Shown: in pieces, positions 1 through 9,949 of the stretch | Numbering within the stretch: position 1 is the stretch's first letter | Layout: every line of letters begins with the position of its first letter | NCBI GenBank assembly: GCA_040143965.1 | Contig: JASJQH010000033.1 | Span: forward strand, 1 to 42,843 | Length of the DNA stretch: 42,843 bases | Source of the DNA: Basidiobolus ranarum | Lineage: Eukaryota | Reading direction: 5' to 3' | Notes under the pieces: model-generated | What the model saw: the letters and a program-made list of their open reading frames with translations, nothing else | Database searches by the model: none | What the model was told of the DNA's origin: nothing | Program-made: the position numbers and the translations under genes

Positions 1-1582
1 CATAGTTCTCTGAGATTTTAGCCAATCATTTGCAACTATTTTGCAAGATCTTGAAATTTCACTCCTGAAACTGAAAAAATTGATTAAAATCAAATCTAAC
101 TTGATGATTTTTTGATGGGAAGTAAACAGTCAATCCCAAATGGATTAAAATTGTGATGGTTTTCCTACAATAACAATCCTCAAATTTCTGTTAGGGGTAC
201 TGGATGGCAATCTTGTTTTGTTATTGGCTGTTTCTAAGCAATTTCATTACATCAAGCTTACCATCCGCAAATTCCAAAGCCATTCCAAATGCATTTCAAA
301 TCAAAATTAAAATTGGCTTCCAAGTAAAAGCCTGATGGCATGTAAGGAAGAATACCAGCAAGAACAGAGGACTTAATTGATGGGCAGTCTAGTAATCCAC
401 TGTTTACTTTGGAAGGCATTAATATGCCAGATACTAAATGAAGTAGTGATGAAGTATTAATCAATTTACCAGATGTGTTCCTTTCCAGCAATAGTGGAAG
501 TGAAAAGATTTTAATTGTCCAATCACAGAGTAAGTCTATAGTTGAGCAAAGTTTAATAGAAACAGCATCCAGTCCATCAACTTCCAAAATGGCCACTTTG
601 CCAACTGTTGAACAACTCTTCATAGAAAATTTAGATAGAATTATTACAACAAAGGAATTGTAGGCAGAACACCATAATGATTTGTATGCAATCATAAGTA
701 AAAACTACCAAGTTGCAATACAGGCCATGACAAGCAATAATGCCACAATATGGCAGTTAATGCAGCATTCTGAAGCAACTAGTCAACAGTTAGAGAGTCA
801 CTCAACAAAGATACAAGACATTCAGAATGCTGTACTTGAACTACAGCAACCTGCTGCTCCCTCCATCCACTCCCATACAGGATACCATACATATGAACAT
901 TACCATGAAAATCTAGCATAGCAGAATTTGTGTTTAACTATTAAGCCTGCACAATAACCCAGAATTGCTGGGCACATGAAAGTTAGAATTTCACAGGAAA
1001 AGCAGCAAACCAAAAGACTCTGAATGTCCAAGCTGCCATCACTTGCTCTGATGATGAGTGATTTAACATTTTGGAAACTGTGTGGAATCATGCCCAAATT
1101 TGCCTTGATTTGAGCCAATGGTGGAAAAACCAAGAACCAGGGGTTATTCTGAAGGTTCTAGACTTACATCATGTGGCTTATCCTGGGTTTTTGCAAGCAA
1201 ATGGCAATTGAGCTAGTATAGGCATATTCATGAAATATCCCAAAGTTGTATGCAATTATCAACTTGGAAAATAAAGGGAAGCAGCTAAACAAGTACTCAA
1301 GGAGCAGGAAGTTAGTAAACTCAAGGGAAAAGCAAAGGAGCCAGTGAGTTTAGGCTCTACTGTCCCACTTGTATCTGCTAGTACAATTACCTTTTGGTTA
1401 CTATGATTAGTTAGTAAATTTCAGTTGTGGCTGTGAAATGGGTGCTTAAGAAAGTACATATTAAGCAGTGTGAGAAGAAAATAGTCAATGCAGCGTTTAC
1501 AATATTTCTACACGGCTCAGAATTTTAAGAGAGGAGTGCCCCTGAGGTACAAATACCTCAGCTTAATTCCAGTAGTTACTAG
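1..1582 (+). mobile_element. Degraded, CpG-depleted repeat/transposon remnant (runs off the left edge); right end resembles a Helitron 3' terminus
   Basis: Only one CG dinucleotide (266-267) in 1-1493, whereas CG is common elsewhere in the window. Contains an ORF broken by stops and a frameshift. Perfect hairpin CTGAGGTA-caaa-TACCTCAG (1542-1561) followed by CTAG (1579-1582) and T. No transposase/RepHel motif visible, so the class is inferred. Confidence 0.5.
241..1406 (+). pseudogene. Ruined ORF inside the CpG-depleted element
   Basis: Frame +1 fragments (incl. ORFs 475-663 and 682-921) joined across stops at 325, 343, 439, 661, 919, 955. Shifts near 960-1020 into frame +3, reading ...FNILETVWNHAQICLDLSQWWKNQEPGVILKVLDLHHVAYPGFLQANGN*ASIGIFMKY... 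with stops at 1059, 1209, 1272, ending TGA 1404-1406. Start is approximate. Confidence 0.5.
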
Positions 1583-1879
1583 TACCGGAATGAATAATAT
1601 TAGGAATCAACAAATATTATGATAATACTCAGAGGGAACAATAGTTTTTGATTAATCGAGTTGATTAAAGCAAAATTAATCGTATGAACCAGAGCATAAC
1701 AACTATAGTTTCATAAAATTTCCGTATGAAACGTTGCAATAGCATAGTAATAATTCCTTTTTACCTGAGTACTGAAGTTTCTCAAGACTGTTACATTTAG
1801 TTTCATAATATATTCCAGAAATTACTTGATAATTGAGTACCACCCTCAAGAGACACCCTGCAATTGATTCTTTTTCAAA

Positions 1880-2230
1880 ATGCGAATCCCGTTTTTGTGC
1901 TGTGTGGTGCTTCTCTGTACTGTTCAAGCGGAAGTCAGTGAACCAGGATTATTGACTAATGTAGTAGAAAATGAGGATGTGGATGTGAAGAGTGAAGAAT
2001 ATCTACGAGCTAACGCGGAAATGGAAGCATCCCTTCAGGAGCTTAAGCACGAATTCCAAGAATTGATTGACGACATTATTAAATCTCTCCTTGGTTTTCA
2101 TGCGAATTTTGACGGCACCATGAATGGGCGCTTAGGGGGTGTAATGCTTAAAGGGTCAGATGGAAAGGAGTTAAAGGGTCACTTGGAATGGGAAACCAAG
2201 TTAGTGTCAAAGTTCGTAGTAGATAAGTAA
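1880..2230 (+). CDS. Small putative secreted protein (116 aa), unknown function
   Basis: Intronless ORF, A-rich start context (caaaATG), signal-peptide-like N-terminus MRIPFLCCVVLLCTVQA|EV; no family recognised. Confidence 0.6.
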   Translation: MRIPFLCCVVLLCTVQAEVSEPGLLTNVVENEDVDVKSEEYLRANAEMEASLQELKHEFQELIDDIIKSLLGFHANFDGTMNGRLGGVMLKGSDGKELKGHLEWETKLVSKFVVDK

Positions 2231-2528
2231 ACGGAATATTTCACACCTTGACATCAATGATAAATAACTGCAAATATTAGACTACGTATTAGCTAACTAT
2301 TATATTGGAAAATAAACTGGGATTCATTTAAACTCGATAGTAGAGCAAATCTTATGAGATGGGGGATACTTTACTCTATCTTAACTGTATATGTATATAT
2401 ATATAAACAATGAATTGGCTAGAAAAAGGCCTGTTTATTGATTATCTTGTTAGATATTAGACCCAAAGCCATAAGTGACAGAAACGAACAGAAATACATG
2501 GTGCTGGGGTTACTAAATGAGTCCCCAT

Positions 2529-2849
2529 TTAGAGAGGAGTGACTTCTTTACCAGTCTTCTTGATGGTCTCAAATATGACTGCCTGTGAAGCATCTCCATG
2601 TACAGTTACAGTTTGATCCTCCAGTGATATTTCGTAGTCGGTAACTCCTATTGTAATGAAATTAGTGAATAATCTGTATACAAGTAATTGAGATATCTCT
2701 ATCTGTACCATCAAGCTTCTTTAGAACTCGTTCAACTGCACCGGAGCAACCAGAGCAACTCATGGCAACTTTGAATTTGTGGGTTTGCTAGATAGCTTGT
2801 TAGTTCATCGCCGTAGTAAGTAAATCAGATCAAATATACTTACAGCCAT
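2529..2849 (-). CDS. ATX1: Copper chaperone Atx1 (HMA domain), 3 exons, ~67 aa
   Basis: Exons 2849-2844, 2787-2709, 2647-2529 splice to MAQTHKFKVAMSCSGCSGAVERVLKKLDGVTDYEISLEDQTVTV...IKKTGKEVTPL; MxCxxC and KTGK motifs. Confidence 0.95.
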
Positions 2850-3544
2850 TTCAATAGGTAGGAATGGGAGGTTTCTTGCTAGAAGAACGACTTCCTAGCG
2901 TACTTAAATAAGGACCTAGGAAGGAACAGTAGGGATGGTTCCTCCTATAATTTCCCTAAAATGGAAATGATCTAGAAGGATTACTTCTAAGGGTACAAGA
3001 TAAATTAATTAAATATGGTGAAACCATCACACCTTACAGCTACCCTGAGAGTAATATTCGCAACCTCCCAATAACAAAGGCAAGTACATATTAAGAATTT
3101 TGGAAAGTTCAAATTTGTACATTGTTACAGATAATAAATCACAACACGCCTATTAAACATATTCCCCGGTCAACTCGTGAATAAACCCGTATGTAGGAGT
3201 ATGTAAATAGGTATGTAGAAACGGGACCTAGTAAGCACAGCGTACTAGCAGTTGACTCCATCATTTACTTGTTCAGAATTTCTGAAAAAACAAACAACGC
3301 TACTAAACACGTGACTCTGAGCCTATAGCACTTTGCTCACTACACGACATGATAGGAATATATGTTCAAGTACGGAAATATGCTCATAACTCAAATGTCC
3401 TCTGTACTACTGAAATGCATTTTGGCTTACTGCTTATTATCCCGACAATTTTTCAGTATTCCCTTCAACTATATATACTCGTTTACTATCAGCCCGTTCA
3501 AGAAGAAATCCAAGAGTAACGAACCCAAGCATAATATATTTAGA

Positions 3545-4489
3545 ATGAAGCTCACGATTAACTATTCACTTTGCATCTATGTGATATTATTGGACTCCAT
3601 TAAATCTGCAGTAATTTGTAGACAACCAATTGCCCCTACGAAAGTGGAAAGCAAAACATTGGATACTTTCACTAATATTTTGGAGATTGTCGAACCTCGG
3701 ATAGACCGTACAAACTCTGACTTGAAATTTGCTACAAAGGGATACGCCCCAAAGACAAAACACAAAATCGGATCCAAATGTACATGCCCTAAAAACTGCA
3801 CCAAACATGGTAATCGAAAAACATATTATCCGCCAAAGAATTTGCTACCCAGTAACGGAGACAACGAAGGTTCCGAATCAAGCTCTACAAAAATCCCAAA
3901 TGATACTCCATCCTCCTCAACCAATACTTGTAGGGGGAAAGTTCATGAATCAAAAATCATAAATCATACTACCAATACCGATGTAAAACCCTTAATTCAA
4001 GGCCCTCAGAAAGCAAGCCCCTTAGAAAGTCCAACAAACAATATAGGTGGTGCCAAAACTGATACCTCCAATGACCAAATACCTGTATTGGAATCACAAA
4101 ACCACGCTAGCCTAGGTCAGCCCTCAATTCCCAATGAGAGTACTGGAATCAGAAGTGACCAAGATCCTCAAGCTACCGAACATCAATCCTCAATATCAGA
4201 ACCTAAGCAAGAGATTGTGGAAGAACCGGCAGTGAAAAACGAGCCAGAGGCAAAAACGGACGAACCAATCTTTGATCGGGAAAGCAGTAATAAAGGGGAC
4301 ATTTTACAAGGTGATAAACCGGATCCTGATAGTAGCAATGATATTAATCATAAGCCAGAAGAAATCTCGACAATCCCAAATACCGTAGATGTCCCTATCA
4401 TCGATGGAATTTTTGCCTTTCTTCCACGTAAATCACCCACTCCTTTACTTGAAACAGTATTAGTTCAATCGCCTCCTATTGTGCTTTAG
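3545..4489 (+). CDS. Putative secreted, S/T/P/E-rich protein (~314 aa), unknown function
   Basis: Long intronless ORF. The ATG at 3545 gives a signal-peptide-like MKLTINYSLCIYVILLDSIKSA, followed by a small Cys cluster (CTCPKNC) and a low-complexity tail. The upstream ATG 3362 is probably not used. Confidence 0.6.
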   Translation: MKLTINYSLCIYVILLDSIKSAVICRQPIAPTKVESKTLDTFTNILEIVEPRIDRTNSDLKFATKGYAPKTKHKIGSKCTCPKNCTKHGNRKTYYPPKNLLPSNGDNEGSESSSTKIPNDTPSSSTNTCRGKVHESKIINHTTNTDVKPLIQGPQKASPLESPTNNIGGAKTDTSNDQIPVLESQNHASLGQPSIPNESTGIRSDQDPQATEHQSSISEPKQEIVEEPAVKNEPEAKTDEPIFDRESSNKGDILQGDKPDPDSSNDINHKPEEISTIPNTVDVPIIDGIFAFLPRKSPTPLLETVLVQSPPIVL

Positions 4490-4801
4490 TAAAGTGATCC
4501 AGAAAAGTTATCAACGGATGGTGCATTAATATCGTGTCAAAATGTGGATTAGACACGTCCATATCCAAAACGATGTATAATATTTATTTCCTCGTCATTC
4601 CACAATTGAGCTTGTTACGTAATTAGATTTTTCATCACCCATCAAATGATGGAACCTATCTATTATATTTGCTATACATGAGAGCAAGATATGGCTTCTA
4701 GAATCGCTAAATCCCATATCGATTTTCCGGAAAATAAAAGTACAAAGTCAATATTGCATTTGTAATCCTATGATTTGTAAATTTTCTTTGTAAACCAGAA
4801 A

Positions 4802-4874
4802 GGCCCTGTAGCTCAGTGGAAAGAGTGTCTCCCTCCGGAGGAGAAAGTCGTGGGTTCGACCCCCACCCGGGTCG
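4802..4874 (+). tRNA. tRNA-Arg(CCG), copy 1
   Basis: 73-nt cloverleaf GGCCCTG-TA-GCTC/GAGT D arm-TCTCC CTCCGGA GGAGA-AAGTC-GTGGG TTCGACC CCCAC-CCGGGTC-G; anticodon CCG, A20, G73; T6 run at 4880-4885 (Pol III terminator). Confidence 0.95.
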
Positions 4875-5579
4875 TTTGATTTTTTGGTAAACTTTCTCTT
4901 GAATCTCATTGATTTAAACTAGACATACTAGGTCAAAATAAAGGAGTTGGGCACTTGATGTATTTTACATATTATAAATTTCATTACAAACAGGAAATGA
5001 AATAAGGGTGATGTCCTAAAGAAATATGAAATGCAACCTATCCATTAGAGATACATTATGAATAGACCTTTCAGAACAACATTAATTTTAGAATACGAAT
5101 GATCTGATCTCAAGGTAGAGATAGCGTATGCGACAAAAATGATCATCCGGACTTATCGTTGTCTTTATGTGAGTGAGTTACTAGAAAAATAAATTCTTGT
5201 GCATCGATCCAGGCTATTGATATATGAACTCTCTCCTGAAGATTTCATTGACGGAGTAACACTAGATCCGCGATGCTTGCGGTTAGCCTAGGATGGATTC
5301 GAAGGAAATTTAAGATGTCACAAGTTATGGCGTTTACCATAACATTAAATCAATATACAGCCAGTGTTCAGGCTTGCTGGTAGAAGATAGTCAAGTAATT
5401 GTTTATTTGAACTCTATTTGATTGAATATCTAGGCTTTTAATAATTATGGAGTATAATCTTACAAGGGGTGCCTGAATCCTGATAAGTCGTATTAGGTAT
5501 ATATATTAACACGGAAAGTAGGGAGCTAGTCAATTAGTAATAAGGGGTGATAAGGGTAAAGGAAATTCAATAACATAAA

Positions 5580-6772
5580 TTAATTCAAAAATGAACATTC
5601 GTAAAAGGCTTTCCCACTGAAACGGATTTTCTCTTCACCGATAACGACTTCCACATCGGCATTATCGTAATATTGATACACATAAGGCTTGGTAAAAAGC
5701 GTCTGAATCACTTTTCTAAGCAAGAAAGGGAGTTCACTCAAGACATCAATCTTGGCAATCAAGAATTGTGGCTTGACTGACATCTCAGCATGGAACTTCT
5801 CTTTCTTTAGGGTCTCACCTGACCATATATATTTGATCTCAGTCGGTACTTCATATTTTGTATCGGCATCAAGTTTGGTAGCAACAAATCGGGATGTATT
5901 ATCTACTGTTACTGCAACTAGTTCATCATTGAATACAAAAGAACCCTGCGTAACATCGGTACAACCGTAAGATTTAGGGGTTTCAAATTGAAGCATACTA
6001 AGAGCAGCCTTTTCACTTTGAAAAGAGATAAGGTTACACTTAGAAGCCACTTCGTGTGGCTTTAATCCAAGAAGGGCGTGAATGAATATACCTTCTCCGT
6101 CCAATTCAGTATCTTTACCATCAAAGTGTATGGTACCGGTAACTTTACCGCAAGGGATAAATTTGTGACAGATGAAGTTACTGCTGTTGACTTTGTTGAA
6201 GAAAGTCTTTCCCTCTCCAATTTTGTATCCGCTTTCAACAGGGGTAAATTGAAATTTGACCTGAATACTCTTCAGTGTTAGGTCGACTGCCAATTCTTGA
6301 TTTTTGCCGTGCTGGATAGACATTCCATCCAAATTCACTGATAGTTTGTCAGCGCTAAGCTTGAAAGAACGAGAAGAGCGATTCGCTGTTTCGAATTTGT
6401 GGACATCACCCCTAACATATCGAGCAGAAGTTTGTATTGTTGGACTCAACCTAAGATTGGGAGTTTTAGTAAATATATATAGAAACATTTGGATCGAATT
6501 ATTCGCTAGTGACAACATACCCAATATTGGAATGAGCAAGCTGGATGAACAGAAGGCCACCGTCTTTAAGATGAATGTAGAAAGTGACGGTCTCAGTCGC
6601 GGAACCTGAGGCCAAGGTCCATTTAAGATCCTCAGTAGTTAATCTGCTAACTAAAGGGAGGCCTTTTTCTTTGGCAATATCGCAAGCTAAATAGAGATCT
6701 GAAGGTACAACATGTTAGCACAGTTTTGTTTGTATTCTTCGAATCTCAAGAAACATACGCACCAGAAGACAT
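5580..6772 (-). CDS. SVF1: Svf1-like (survival factor 1) protein, 3 exons
   Basis: Spliced N-terminus MSSDLYLAC...EDLKWTLASGSATETVTFY...QLAHSNIGL joins ORF 5580-6560 with GIFIHAL, MLQFETPKSYG, KIDVLSELPFLLRKVIQ, TKPYVYQY and C-terminal ECSFLN, typical of Svf1. Confidence 0.88.
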
Positions 6773-7690
6773 AGTTCGAGTTAGAGGAAAGTATTAGAAC
6801 AACGAGAAGTCAAATGGGAGGCTTCATGCTCTATTTATGGGAAAATCAATAAAGTTCATTGCATTATTGAAAATCACAATTTACCAAATTTGGAGCCAAT
6901 GCAATCCCATACGTTAATATGTATAATTTACATGTTGGACAAATACAATTCATTATTAGCATGGAATAAAAATAAATCATCGTACCACCACTCTTTCCCC
7001 ATAATTTCTCTTGCTCTTTAATTATGAAAGTTTATTTAAGTTTATTATGAAAAAGAGTGGTTTTTGCTTCAAGGGCACGTTTTCTGTAAACATATCGGCT
7101 ACTACAAGAGTGAAGCATGATGACTGTAATGATGCACCGCAATAAATACATGCCACATATATGATCTCTGTCGGACAATCCATATAATCCTTCTCATGAA
7201 GGTGGGAGGGCGTATTAGTGGAATTGAAACATTCATCTCCGCAGAGGAGGTAGGAGGTAGGAGATTAGGTATGTTTGTTCTAACTAGGAATCAACCTGAA
7301 TTTCGCCAATCTAAATCCAACTAATATAATATTCTAACACTAGCCTGACTAATGTGATCTCCAGAAACATCACAACCATGCAAGATGTTTGTCATCAAAC
7401 CATCTGCATCTGTACACATCGATTTAGCTCTTTCCATCTGAATCGGTCTGAGCTGCTCTCGAACACGATCCTCAATTTATAATCAGATTTTGGAATTTAA
7501 CCAATATTTATTCCAAATGTGCTTACATTTAAGCTCCATGAAAATTTGTATGACGTATTATTCAGATTTGAAAAACTACATGTTGCGTAATTATCAAATT
7601 GAAAATATCTCAACAACGTAGAGTATTTCTGCGGTTACGAGTACTTCTGTTCAACACATTTCTACATTTGGACCATTTTCTTTATTAAAT

Positions 7691-8750
7691 ATGGAGCATT
7701 TTCCTTTGCATTGGGGTAGACCTCGTCAAGAGAACGCTTCCGCAGATAACTTTAACTCCTACCCACTTTATAAAAGTCATCCTACAGCTGCTCATGGGCC
7801 TATAACACATACACAGTAAGAATCTGTAGCAACATTTATTGTACTATACATTTATGTTAATCTTATTCATATAGACAACCTATTGTTACTGGTACTTCGA
7901 TCTTGGCAATTAAGTATAAGGATGGAATTATGATGGCTGCCGATTGCCTTGGTATGTCAGTTATATTCATTTGTTAATCTAGTGAATCTATATAATTAAC
8001 AGAACTATTTAGGATCTTATGGAAGTTTGGCACGTTTTCGTGATGTTGAGCGTCTCTCAGCAGTTGGTGATTACACTATTCTCGGTGCTGGTGGAGATAT
8101 CTCTGATTATCAGTACACTAAACACTTACTCGAAAAATTAATGTTAGTTCAAGTTAAAATTATTTGACATCCTTGTTATTGGTTGTATTTGGGAGGAATT
8201 CTAGAAAGCTTACAATATTGCATTTTAGGATTAAGGAGTATTATATGGATGATGGCCATGTCCTTGGTACACCACACATTTATGAGTACTTGAGTCAAGT
8301 TATGTATGCTCGTCGTACGAAGATGAACCCACTTTGGAATGCTTATATTGTTGGTGGTGTCCATGAAGGAAAAGGGTATGTATTATAATTTTTAGCCTTT
8401 AGTTGGCTAATAAGTTTCTCACCAATTTATAAATTAGATTTTTAGGCTTTGTTGATCTTCAAGGAACCACTTATCAATCTAGCACCATTGCCACCGGATT
8501 CGGAGCTTACTTGGCTCAACCTATTCTTCGTAAAGCTGTCGAAGGTAAGGAGGAGACATTGACTGAGGAAGAAGCAGTCAAAATCCTCGAAGATTGCATG
8601 CGTGTGTTGTTTTACCGTGATGCTCGTTCTTTGAATAAGTTCCAACGCGCTAAGGCCACAGCAGAGGGTGTGGAAATAACCGAACCCTACTCTTTACCCA
8701 CAGAATGGAGCTTTGCTGAAAATATTCGTGGTTACGGCTCTCAAAATTAG
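7691..8750 (+). CDS. PRE4: 20S proteasome subunit beta7 (PSMB4/Pre4), 5 exons
   Basis: MEHFPLHWGRP...THTQQPIVTGTS, GSYGSLARF, YARRTKMNPLWN, ATGFGAYLAQPILR, RVLFYRDARSLN, GYGSQ tail. Confidence 0.97.
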
Positions 8751-9036
8751 AGTCAAACTAAGGCAATTTGATCTGCTATCTTCATTTCGATATAATAAAT
8801 AATATTTGACTCAATATTATATTCAATAACAAACATACGTCTACAGTTTTAGATAATATGTCACATATAAGATGTGGTTGATGTTAAATATTGACAACTT
8901 TGTGTGATTTTGCGTTTTTGAAAAACCCGAACCCCTATTGATTTGTGGTATCAATAAAGTTTTAAACGAATGTACTTGGTTCTTCTGGTATATTAAATGC
9001 TCAAAAAACATCAAGTTCAAAGCAATAAAAAGTCAA

Positions 9037-9109
9037 CGACCCGGGTGGGGGTCGAACCCACGACTTTCTCCTCCGGAGGGAGACACTCTTTCCACTGAGC
9101 TACAGGGCC
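9037..9109 (-). tRNA. tRNA-Arg(CCG), copy 2
   Basis: Exact reverse complement of 4802-4874; T5 terminator on the minus strand (A run 9027-9031). Confidence 0.95.
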
Positions 9110-9829
9110 TTTCTGATTTAGAAAGAAAATTTTCAACTCATACGATTACAAATAGAATATTGACCCTGTATGAACTACTACATGAACACATACATTTATC
9201 TCAGTTCAATAGAAATCCCATCTGAAAGGTTCTACTTTATAACCTAAAAAGGAGTAAAATCTAAAAAGGATTTTGGTGGATATGTTTGCTAGATTTTTGG
9301 ATTAATCACAGCATCTAACCGTGGTAAGACCCAAATGCATAAATTCAAATGTGGCACCTTCTGTGGCTTAGTCTCTTGGTAATGAACCTCGGAAGATTCG
9401 ATGTACTACAAAGCTCAATCTCTATTCAACTCAAGATGGCTTTTTTGTATGATAATAGTCGTCGCTCGGGTTATCATAATGGATTTGAACACACTAGACT
9501 AAACATACATGATACAAAATATTGAAATTCCTTCTGTTAACAGCTTTGCTAAGGTTGGCTTTATTGATAGCTATAGTAGTTAGTTCGAAAATAAAAGCGC
9601 ATAATATCTCTGCGATCCTCTATGATCACAGCTAGGCTATATACATGATCTGATTTGACAGTTGTAAGCAGGATATATGAGAGCAGAGTAAATACTACAA
9701 TACTGATATGCCATGAAATAGAGCACAATATTCTAAATATGCTTCAAAGCTATAGAACTTTTATATCCATACCTTCTAAATTCGATGTGGCGACTCCACC
9801 AATGATTGTTCCTGATGTTGAGCTACATA

Positions 9830-9861
9830 TTAGTCATGCATGGTCGAAATGACTGACTCAT
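9830..9861. promoter_or_regulatory. Gcn4/CpcA-type (AP-1-like) elements upstream of TRP2
   Basis: TGACTCAT at 9854-9861 (preceded by ATGAC half-site at 9849) and TTAGTCAT at 9830-9837, ~90-120 bp before the TRP2 ATG; TRP2 is a known general-control target in yeasts and moulds. Confidence 0.6.
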
Positions 9862-9949
9862 TATTACTATTTCAGGTTGAGCAGTAGATTTCAACTATAT
9901 TTACGTTCCTTCTGATTTCCCCGAACTTTATACGACGCTCACCTAAAAT

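Noticed and set aside
325..957. Stops in the dead ORF as proof of RIP (CpA to TpA)
   Set aside because: Every stop codon can formally derive from a C-to-T change, and CpA is abundant here; only CpG loss is supported.
8938..9225. 95-aa ORF
   Set aside because: Non-ATG start and overlaps the antisense of tRNA copy 2; spurious.
9849..9887. 12-codon uORF before TRP2 as a Trp-sensing attenuator
   Set aside because: No Trp codons; overlaps the Gcn4-type sites and is probably upstream of the TSS.
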